This document shows, piece after piece, positions 13,861-24,285 of a stretch of DNA of 64,000 nt. The position numbers and the translations under genes were made by a program. Each line of letters starts with the position of its first letter. The first letter of the stretch is position 1. Below the pieces are notes generated by a model. It was given only the letters and a program-made list of their open reading frames with translations. It searched no databases and was not told where the DNA came from. This DNA is from Felis catus (taxonomy: Eukaryota), in the NCBI RefSeq assembly GCF_018350175.1, contig NC_058368.1:42162001-42226000 (forward strand), in the 5' to 3' direction.

Positions 13861-15844
13861 CCGAGGGATGTAAACAAAGAAACAATCGAAGGTGTTGTTC
13901 TATGCTATGTAAAGTAATTAAGACTCTATTAAGGCACGGGTTACAGGGATCTGTCGATTGGGAGTTTACTCTCAAAATAAGCACTGCTTTAATTTTTCTA
14001 GTGCTTTAGGGCATTGTCTTGTATTGGTTTAAAGACATCCAACCTACCCATATTTGGATTTCTTGGGGAAAGTGAGGTAAGGAATCATTAAAAATTCAAG
14101 ATGACAATGATATGTTTTATTTAAAATTATTTAACCCGTAATCCAAATGTGCGTAGGTTTCTAAGTAGAATTTACCACTTTGCCATACTGACATGGCTCT
14201 CTGAATTGTAAGAGTTAATCTCTGGCTGCTTAAAGTTTATTGAAGAATAAAGTTACTGCAGAATATAAAATATTAATCTAGTATATGGAATATTCCATAT
14301 AAATCCTAACTTTCAAAAATAATTGTGCACAAATGGTAAATGAAGACATCACCAAGTCAGTACATATGTTACAGTGCATAAAACACATATGATTATTTCT
14401 TACAAAGTAACTTAACATTGAACCTTCTCCATATGACATGTCTTTCTTTTGTATATAATTCCCCCACATAAATGATTGTATTTAAAGAGTATACACATTA
14501 AAATAAATATAAAATGTTTTTTTTTTTAATAAGGGGTATCATCATATACATACAAGAACAGGAGATTATAACTCTCAGTAGTCATTAATCCTTTTCCAGT
14601 TTATCTGGAATCTTTCTCTTTAGACTAATCTATCAATCATGTGTCTGGTTACAATGTGGTGTTCTCAGCCCATACAGACAGAGAGCATTCAATGTTTTAT
14701 TTTCTTTCATTTTGTGTATGCAATAAAAGGAAAGAGGAAAAGAGAAAGGAGGAAAGAAAGAATAAGGAGAAAGAGGAAAATTAGGAGAAAGAAGGAAGTC
14801 ATTCTTGGGAATCAGTCTTTTTTTTTCTTATTTTTCCACATGCTAATATTAAATTAGATATTCACTAAATTCTTTATTAACACAAATACCATTCTGCAAA
14901 ATGTATGACTGTCTCCTCAAAATGTGTTCTAAATATGACTTATCATAATATCCTATTGACTTTTGAATACTAAATATCCTAAAGGATTTCGTTTAGTAAT
15001 TAAAACTATCACCTTTTCCTGGTCAGTGAATCTCTAGAACCAAGTGCTCCTTTAGGAGAGTCTCTACATATCTTCTCTGCCCTTTATCTTCCTTTCTCCT
15101 TTGGAGTTATAAGCATTTCTATTAGCAGGCATAAGTGTCCACTGACATTGAATGTAGACAAAAGAGAAATGTCACAGAGAAAAGACTCCAGTTACCCCAT
15201 CAAAATTAGAAAGGAAAACGTTGGTTCCCTCTGCATTTGATAAAGGTAGACATATTTGAAATGATCTTTTGGCAATAGAGGCAGTCTTTCTGAAGGGGAG
15301 TTTTGCCTAATGGAAACCTGTTGGTCAGATGCTCAACAGGACACTCAGACTTCAGGGCTGCTTCATTCATTTATTCATTCATTCAATCAACTTCCTAAGA
15401 GGAAACACAATCTTAGACCCATAATATTTTCTTCCCAAAGAAGGTGCTTTCAATCAGAAATCACTGGTGCGGTGTAAAGATGCAAAAGAGGCTCCAAATT
15501 ATTTGAATTATTTTGCTATTTGATCTTTATTCCACTCCTTTTTTTTGAAGAGAATATTTTACCATGATATATCTTATACATTTCACAACCAAATTTTACC
15601 ACATACTTTAGACTCCTTCTTATCTTTAACCGCTGGATTTACATCCACATTTTGCCCTTTTCTAAGCTGGATAGCATAGGAGTTGGTTTATATAATCAAA
15701 TGGTCAAAAGTAGGCACCATGACTAAATAAACACAGGTAGTCAGCTTACTGTGAAGAGCCTCCCATCACACACATCATGCCAAGGCTATGTGGTTTGCAA
15801 AGTGGAGACACTGCACTATAAAAATCACTTTAGAAATCTTCCTG

Positions 15845-16705
15845 CATTTCAAAGCAAAACTACAATGAGATATCACCTCATATCTGTTAGAATAGCTATT
15901 ATCAAAAAGATATGTGGTAACAAATGCTGGTGAGGATGTGGAGGAAAGGGAACACTTATACACTGTTGGTAGGAATGTAAATTGGTGTGGTCACTATGGA
16001 AAACAGTATGGAAATCCCTCAAAAATTGAAAAATAGAACTACTCTATTATCTAGCAATCTCCTCGGGATATACCCAAAGAAGTTCATATAGCAGAGTACT
16101 AACCACTATACGATCACGGCAACCTAAAGAAGTTCAAATCAGGATCTCAAAGAGCTACCTGCACCACCATATTCATTGTAACATTATTTATGATAACCAA
16201 CACATGGAAACAACCTGTCAATGAAGGAGTGAATAAAGAAAATGTGATTATTTATACAGGGAGATAGAATAATATAATTTAGATATATAAATTATATATA
16301 TTTATATAGAAGTAATATATCTGGATTATAGAATATGTAATATATATTATATATAAATATATAGTATATAAATAAAATAATATATGATTATAATGTAATA
16401 TATTATATTTATAGATAAAACTCAGCCTTAAAAAGAAAAGGAAATCTTGTCCAGTTGCAACAAGATGAATGAACCTGGAGGACATTATGTTAAGTGACAT
16501 AAGTCAGACACAGAAAGCCAAATACTTTATGATCTTACTTATATGTGGAATCTAAAACATTCAAAATCATAGAAACAGAGTAGATTGGTGGTTGCCAGGG
16601 GCTAGAAGGTGGGGAAAATATATATATGAATGTATATCATTACAGTATACACTTTAAATATATTATAACTCTATTTTTCTGTTATACCTCAATAACACTG
16701 GCAGG
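15845..16705 (+). mobile_element. LINE-1 (L1MA/MB-like) ORF2 end plus 3' UTR, with a TA-rich low-complexity insert at about 16270-16415
   Basis: 'aactacaatgagatatcacctcatatctgttagaatagctattatcaaaaag...gaggatgtggaggaaagggaacact' and 'gatgaatgaacctggaggacattatgttaagtga'. Confidence 0.9.
16091..16120 (-). pseudogene. Tailless retroposed 5' fragment (nt 1-30) of tRNA-His(GUG)
   Basis: Reverse complement GCCGTGATCGTATAGTGGTTAGTACTCTGC equals the first 30 nt of vertebrate cytosolic tRNA-His-GTG as recalled; flanked by acccaaagaagttca (16072-16086) and acctaaagaagttca (16122-16136). Confidence 0.9.
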
Positions 16706-17029
16706 GAAACAATCTATTGCTTTGGAATATTATCACCATTAACTTATAACCCTGATGAGTCACCTATGAACAAATGATTGACTTTACTAGCAACGTGGTC
16801 AATATGTAATAAAATTATTTTCCTTAATGTATAGCAATATTCAGTAATTATAAATTAAGAAATATAAAAACCAGTACTTATTTCATTTATAATTTATTAT
16901 TAGGGAATAAAGAATTACTACATATTGTCTGCTCCTATATTCCCTTTAATACAACCACTGATTTATAAGGAATAATCAGTGATTTTAAATTATCTTTCCT
17001 CATAACTTTCATTAAAACCCTACCTTTTT

Positions 17030-17195
17030 GGGGCACCTGGGTGGCTCAGTCAATTAAGCATCCGACTTTGGCTCAGATCATGATCTCACTGTTGTAGGTT
17101 CAAGACCCATGTCAGGCTCTGTGCTGATAGCTCAGAACCTGGAGACTGCTTCAGATTCTGTGTCTCCCTCTCTCTCTGCCCCTCCTCCGCTCATG

Positions 17196-17226
<31 letters not shown>

Positions 17227-17256
17227 AAAAATAAACATTAAAAAATAAAATAAATA
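17030..17256 (+). mobile_element. Can-SINE
   Basis: ggggcacctgggtggctcagt head, (CT)n, A tail; degenerate TSD taaaaccctacctt / taaaaccatatctt. Confidence 0.95.
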
Positions 17257-17271
17257 AAACCATATCTTCTC

Positions 17272-17478
17272 TTTTTTTTTAAGTTTATTATTTACTTATA
17301 TTGAGAGAAAGCACACAAGCAGGGGAAGGAGAGAGAGGTAGAGACAGAGAATCCCAAGCAGACTCGTTCTGTCAGTGCAGAGCTCGATGAGGGGCTCAAA
17401 CCCACAAATCGTGAGATCATCACCTGAGCTGAGGTCAAGAGTCAGACACTTAAACCGACTGAGCCACCCTAGCCCCCC
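17272..17478 (-). mobile_element. Can-SINE, tail-to-tail with the previous copy
   Basis: T tail, GA-rich segment, 'ccgactgagccaccctagcccccc'. Confidence 0.92.
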
Positions 17479-17639
17479 AAAGCCTACCTTCTTTTAAATG
17501 TCAATTCACAATATCAGAAACTAGGTCAAAAAATGGAGTATTTTAAGAGTCTGCCTGAAATTTGGACATTTAGCAGTCTGGGTGACAGCTTTAAAACTCC
17601 CACCCATCAGAAAGTTTTGTTGGCTCAGCCATTTAAATC

Positions 17640-17928
17640 TTTCCTGAATCTGACCATGTCCCACCACTTCTATACCATCTAGGCCCTAGTCATCTGGATT
17701 GGTACAGAAACTTTTGACTTACCTGGTTGCTTCCCAACTTGCTGTCTTATAATGTTTCCTATACAGAAACCAGAGTCATTATTTAAAATAATAATCCAGA
17801 GGCACCCAGGTGGCTCAGTCGATTGAGCACCCAACTCTTGCTTTCAGCTCAGGTCATGATCCCAGGGTCATGGGATGGAACCCTGTGTTGGGCTCCATGT
17901 TAAGGTGAGTGTGGAGCCTGCTTAAGAT

Positions 17929-17982
<54 letters not shown>

Positions 17983-18590
17983 TCTGCCCCTCTCTCCCAC
18001 TCTCTCTTTCTTTCTCTCTCTATAACAAACAACAAAAATAACAATAAAAAATAAAATCATAATCCATAGCACTTGATTTCCTTCCTTAAAAATCTCCATT
18101 GGTTTCTTATCATATTTAGAATTAAATCCCAAGTGTTTTCCATGGCCACTGAGTTACAGTTGCAGTCTAGCAGTTGCAGTCTGAGAATTTATAGTACACT
18201 CACTTCAACCCTTTGATCTCTTCCTCCATAAAACCAATCTCTTTTCTCCCCCTAGGGTCCATTCCTTCTTCTTGAAGTACTTTCCTTCATATTGTTGAAT
18301 TCATCCTCACTTCATTCATTGAAATCTTTGTTCAACTAAGCAATTCCTAACTACTCAAACTACAACTTAACGTTATCAACCCCCACTGTCAATCACCTTG
18401 TACTACTTTGTTTTTCTTACCATTTCCTGAGAGTATATTATGCATATATTTGTTTATTTATTTGTTTATCATGTATCTCCAACATCTTCATACAAGCACC
18501 CAGAGCACAAAGTTTGTTTGTTTTACTGAACAACAAATCTTCAGTACCTAAATAGGACAGCTTGGAGATGCATTTCAAATGAATAAATGA
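17640..18590 (+). mobile_element. L2 fragment interrupted by a Can-SINE
   Basis: 'ccagagtcattatttaaa...cttaaaaatctccattgg...ttagaattaaatcccaa' is L2-like; boundaries approximate. Confidence 0.55.
17799..18052 (+). mobile_element. Can-SINE with long (CT)n
   Basis: TSD aaaataataatcca (17785-17798) / aaaatcataatcca (18053-18066). Confidence 0.95.
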
Positions 18591-18725
18591 AAAGTACTTT
18601 GCTAATCTAAAAACGTTGAGGCAAGGTTTCAGTCAGTAAAATGCATCACTTGCATATTAATTTTGATTAACTTTCTTGGTATATTTTAATCTAACCAGAA
18701 AATCTTGGTAGAAATTAAACTCTGA

Positions 18726-18991
18726 GGGGTGTCTAGATGGCTCAGTCGGTTGAGCACCTGACTCAGGGGACTCAGGTAACTCAGGGGACTCAGGTGACTT
18801 TGGCTCAGGTCATGATATCGCAGTTCATGAGTTTGAGCCCTGCTTCAGGCTCTTCTCTGATACTGTGGAGGCTGCTTGGGATTTTCTCTCTGTCTGTCTG
18901 TCTCTCCCTCTGCTCCTCCCCCATGTGCTTGCACATGCTCTCTCTCTCTCTCTCTCAAAAATAAATAAAATTTCTTTTAAAACTTACAAAA
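18726..18991 (+). mobile_element. Can-SINE with internal 9-bp tandem array
   Basis: TSD agaaattaaactctga (18710-18725) / agaaattaaactttga (18992-19007). Confidence 0.95.
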
Positions 18992-19064
18992 AGAAATTAA
19001 ACTTTGATTTTAAATCACAAGGCACATCAAATTGCTCTTTATGCAAACATATTTAACAACCTCT

Positions 19065-19225
19065 CTATTCTCCATTTCCCATATTTAAAATGGTGATAAT
19101 AATGATATGTACTTTCCACAGTTGTTGTGAAAATTAAATGAGCTAATATATGTCAAGCACTTAGAATGGTATCTGGTACTTTATAAGCACTCAATAAATG
19201 TTGACTCTTATTATTACTATTACTA
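19065..19225 (+). mobile_element. MIR 3' half
   Basis: 'gttgttgtgaaaattaaatgagctaatatatgtcaagcacttagaatggtatctggtac...taagcactcaataaatgtt'. Confidence 0.8.
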
Positions 19226-20479
19226 TTTACTTCAGTTCAAACCAAAATGATGTGATTCCTATTTCACAGCAAATGTATCCTTCCTAATTCAAAATGTGTA
19301 GTCTGAAAGCCCTAGGAGGCCAAAGCAAGTCAAAATCTATCCCCAGCATCTCATAAGTTGCCTGGAAAAAAATAGATATTAACAAATTCTATTTGACTAA
19401 ATTAATGAACATGATTAAAAATAAACCTGATTTTTCAGGGGTAAGAAGGTTAACCAATAACATTAGTTTTCTTTTGAATAATGAGGGCTTTTTGCACAGT
19501 GTGTTTATCTAGAACTATGTATAAATAAGTAGTAACCAGAGGAAAACATAGTGACCTTAAATTTCCATTTTTGTGTGTGTTCTAGGACAAAAGTATAGAC
19601 ATTGCCAAGGTCACAGAATCAAATGCTCATGGGGGCTGATTAATAAAATTATACTTACCGATATTTTCACTGTAACAAATTTCCATCTTAAAGCTAAATG
19701 AAGTTTACGTATTGCTGCAGGCATTGTGCAAATTAGAACTTCATTGAATATTAATGAATTACTCTTTGTGGCCAATTGTTATGCAAATTACAAGAGTGTC
19801 AGAATTTATCATTTTATTTGGTTGAGGATTTAGGGAAAAAATGCTTTTAAACATCAAGCAGCTATCTCTACAGATTACTATGTAAGGTCAAGCAAGAAAA
19901 TGCTATATAATTCTTGAATGTTCAAAATTACTATGTCAGTTTTTGGTTATTTTATATTTTATATTATATATATGAATTCAATGCATATGTAGTTCAAATT
20001 TCAGAAAAGTTAAGCTATATTAATGCAAATGGAGACTGGCCTCTGCATTTTAAAATTCTTTTGAACATTTTTTAAAAAATAAAATCTATACAGCCTATTT
20101 CTCTACAAATTGTTTAAACTGACTATATTAACTTCAGAAAATGATTTTAAATAGCTTAGTTCCAAATAATTTATCAGACCCCCAAATTGGGATTTTAAAA
20201 CATATATCATATATATGATATATTGAATTCTTAATTTTTATAATGTGTGGACTAAGAGAATTTTTTTATAAAAGTTTCCAAAGGAAATATAACAAAATGG
20301 TAATAACACCTCTAAACCAGTCAACTATGCACAGAATTCATTAATCAGTTTTCTTTTTCCCTTAGAGCTATTTATTATTTGCTTTCATCTGCTTTTAAAA
20401 ATTAATTTTAGTCAGTATATATCAAAGTTGCCAAAATACAGTTCTAATAACTGATTTAGTCTTAAGTGATCCCAGATAC

Positions 20480-21099
20480 TGTTAAAGAGAAAAATACTCA
20501 GCAACGCCTTTTTTTCTTTTCTTTTCTTTTCTTTTAGGCTCCACACCCAGCATGAAGCCCAATGCGGGGTGGACTCATGACCCTGAGATCAAGACAAGAG
20601 CTGAGCTCAGATCAAGAGTGGAATGCTTAACTGACTGAGCCACCCAGGTGCCCCCTCAGTGAGCTTCTTAAGAATGCTAAGGCAAACTTTATTCAGGACC
20701 ATTGTGATAGGCACAGGGCCCACTGCAATGGGATTTTACAACATGGGCGACAGAGTAGGCTCAACTCCAAATCCAGCTTGCAGGAATTTTTAGCCAAGGA
20801 GCAGGATGGGGGTCAGTGGATGGAAAATTACTAAGAGGAAAAACATCAGGAGTAATGGGGATTCTGGCTAAACCAATCTAATGGGACAGGCTGGGGTAAT
20901 GTGACATCACCTGGAAAATGGTGGAGGATGAGGAACTGGGACAGATATTGAGGGTGATCGGATATCAAGGGTGGAGGTTATAGTTCAACTAAGTAGCATC
21001 ATCCTGCTAAAATTGTATTTTTTAAAGAAGGGCACTGATGAGCCTTAGACAAGGCTCAGGAGCCTGACTAAAGTTTGGTTAAGTCAGGAATCTTTGTCA
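20480..21099 (-). mobile_element. MER31-like ERV1 solo LTR, interrupted by a Can-SINE
   Basis: TG...CA termini (tgttaaag...ctttgtca); 'tagccaaggagcaggatgggggtcagtggatggaaaattactaagagg' and 'caggagcctgactaaagtttgg' match MER31 as recalled; 4-bp flanks atac/agac. Confidence 0.8.
20508..20654 (-). mobile_element. Short older Can-SINE without (CT)n, nested in the LTR
   Basis: 'ctgactgagccacccaggtgcccc' head; (TTTTC)n tail. Confidence 0.9.
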
Positions 21100-23447
21100 A
21101 GACAAAACTTCTCAAAAGGGTGAGTTCCTTTTGAACATACTGCCCCTCCAATATAAAATCCTGTGAAGAGTCTGGCACACACAAGGCTACTTATTCATAT
21201 AGAATATTTAAAACAATGAAAATGTGAATTAATAACTATTAGGCACAGTTTTTCTCAATAAGGAAAAAATTGACATTATTCACATGTTTTACCTTAGGAA
21301 TATTTTGAAATCAGAGATGTAATAACTGTCATTATGATAACATATTTTGTATGGCCTACTTCTTAAAGAAAATGGAGAACCTCATTCAAATGAAAACTAC
21401 TGCAGGTACTGTCCATTTCATGTTATTTAATCTCTTATAAAGTATGTCCGGTACCATGAGTTGTTATAAAGCTTAAAAGTACTTAATTTTTCTCTCATGA
21501 GAGTCATTAAACTATAAAAAAAATCCATCCAAATAATAAAAAAAAACTATTAATATATGGTTTGCAAAGTAATTTACTTCTGTAGTATTGCAAAGCGACT
21601 GGGACAATCTTAAAATGTATCAATTTCTCACTCTGTCCTTTCATTTCATTATTTTTCAATTATTTCCAACTAAGAGGTGATTTGCTAATTAAACAAGAGT
21701 GACAGTGGAGTCACTAGTACTCGAACAGTACTAACAGATTATTATAGGGGACCTTCTCTCTCCCAAATTCAACCAGGTGTTGAACCATCTTTAACCTAGC
21801 AGTCAAGTCATAAAGTATGGAAGACATTACTACTTTAAAGATCTATTTCTAGAGTTCAAGTTATTAAAGTGTGCTATACAGTTTTACAAATGGGATCAAC
21901 TCTGTACATGGTGGAGTCAAGACGGAATTCCTATGAAACAAATGGGTGTAATTAATTATGATGTCAGCCTCTCTAGAGTGGGTATCCTGTCCCTTGAGGT
22001 ACACAACTCATATGAGCTGTTCTCAGCCCTATGCCATAAAACAAGCACTCTTTTTCTCTTCTTTGCTTTCTATAAACATGCAATCCCTGATGCAATAAAT
22101 GACTGGAATGAAAAGCTGTCCAAAGCAAGCATGAAGAATGCATTGCTATTGAGGAAACCTATGCAGTAGTAACTACATCGAAAGGTGACATTTAAGAGCT
22201 CAATGAAACAAGTGTCCACTCTCAACCACCCCTATTTTCAAATGCTACCATTTCATAATATTCACGATAGCAAAGCCTCAGCGAATCTCCCTACACATTT
22301 GATGCCTACTACTGAGTATCCAGTAGGGACCACCTGCCCCCAACCACAGGCTACAGCAGAACTCCTGCAGCCACTCTCTGAAATCACAAACCACATGTTC
22401 ACTGAAGCAATCCCTTTTCTCTGGAAGTCTTCAATATGAGGCCAGGAGGTTTTTTATTTCATTTTCCCTTCCCTCTTCATTACTCTAGGGTGTTTGGAAT
22501 TTCATTACAATAATGACTCCTTTCATATACCTATGGCAGACAGGTTTAGAGACTGCTTTTTGTAAAAACGGGTTGATAACGTTACAGTTAACTTGACCCA
22601 TGAGAAGGAACTGCCAGCTATATTCTTTTGCTTAGTAAAATATTTTAAACAGTATCTGGAAACATGTGTGGCAACTGTATTGGCTTGCAGAATAATCTAC
22701 AAAATATGAAGGTGCTTTCCAACTTGCTGAGACAGACATGCTGTTAAGTGATCTGTGTGATTAGTTCAGTGTAATAACCAGTTGTCTCTGGCTCACTGGG
22801 TGCCAGGGATAACTCGAACAGCTCAGCCCTGAGCCTGACAGAGACTGCTGAGTGACCACAACATGATTTTGATACAGGCAGCCATTTTCCTGGTTAATAT
22901 CAACGAAATCCTGCTGTAATAGCAGCATTCGGCCATGTGACTCCACTGTTATCAATCAAGAGCCTGCCTATCTTATTTTCTATATGCATCTAATTCTCCC
23001 TTCCTCCCCTCTCCAGTAAGATGTCACACTTTTCTACATTTCATTTTGGACCAACCACTCAATTAAGTCAGCTGTAAAACTGATCTCTGGGTTAAGAACC
23101 TTGTCAGTAATTTTTTTCCCTAAAGATTAGTAAATATTTTGATCATGAGAATGTATTCCCACAATCACCATACATGTAAAGAACAGAGGAGACTGGTACT
23201 TGGCATAACTAAATGCATAGATATATTTTATGATATTTTGCATGATTCCTAAATTGCTGAACTTTTAAGGTAAAATTTAAATTATTTTAGTAAAGGGTCC
23301 TGGTTGGGGAGAAGATGAAGATTGTAAAGGGGACATGTCTTCACAAGCACTGCAGCACGATTGTCAGCTGTCTTTTACATCTTCCCATTAGAGGTGCAAG
23401 GGAAGAAGTATTAACAAACAAATTAATACCTAAAATAAATACATAGA

Positions 23448-23652
23448 GAGGTGCCTGGGTGGCTCAGACTCTTGATTTTCAGCTTCAGACTCTTGATTTT
23501 GGCTCAGGTCATGATCCCAGGGTCTTGGGACTGAGTTCTGCGTAGGGCTCTGTGCTAAGCATGGAACCAGCTTAGGTTTCTCTCTCTCTCCCTCTGCCCC
23601 TCTCCCCGGCTTGTGCTCTCTTTCACTCTAAAATAAAATTAAAGAAAAATAA
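23448..23652 (+). mobile_element. Can-SINE with internal 16-bp duplication, followed by (CATA)n
   Basis: Head 'gaggtgcctgggtggctcag', CT-rich segment, A tail. Confidence 0.9.
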
Positions 23653-23930
23653 AAATACACACATACATACATACATACATACATACATAGAAAGCCTCCT
23701 TGCCCTATTACTGCTTAGAAGATCTGCTAACTAATTAGAATTATTCTCATAACAGTCAAGTTAGTTCATAGCCATAGCTCATATACTTCTCCTAAATGAA
23801 AATTATTATTGCTTTTTTCTAGAAAGTTGGAAATATAATTGATACCTCCCAAGTTTGTCCAGGAATGTAGGAGAAAGGGTTATGAAGACCTGAAGTTCAA
23901 GTTCAAATCTAGAAAGTTGGTAGGGATTTC

Positions 23931-24137
23931 TTTCTTTCCTTTTTTTTTAAAGTTTATTTATTCTTTTAAAAGACACAGTGTGAGTATGGGAGGGGCAGAG
24001 AGACAGAATCCCCTAGCAAGCTCTGCACTGCCAGCACAGAGCCTTACCCGGGGCTTGAAACCACAAAACTTTGGGATCATGACCTGAGTGGAAACCAAGA
24101 GTCAGAAGCTTAACCTACTGAGCCACCTAAGAGCCTC
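23931..24137 (-). mobile_element. Can-SINE, diverged
   Basis: T tail, 'gatcatgacctgag...actgagccacctaagagcctc'; flanks agggattt on both sides. Confidence 0.88.
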
Positions 24138-24161
24138 AAGGGATTTGTTATACTTCCTTCA

Positions 24162-24285
24162 TAGAATGATAAATTATTTAATTACCCAATTTCACACACT
24201 TTTGAGTGTAAAAGAGGTTGCTGTTAATAATTGCATGAAGATTACCAGCAGGGTCCTAGACAAACTGGGATATATGGTCAACCTA
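24162..24285. mobile_element. MER81-like hAT-Blackjack MITE
   Basis: 'acacttttgagtgtaaaagaggttgctgttaataatt...gtcctagacaaactgggatatatggtcaaccta' matches MER81 as recalled. Confidence 0.65.

Noticed and set aside
16091..16120. Functional tRNA-His gene
   Set aside because: Only 30 nt are present; there is no anticodon, T-arm/B-box or 3' acceptor strand.
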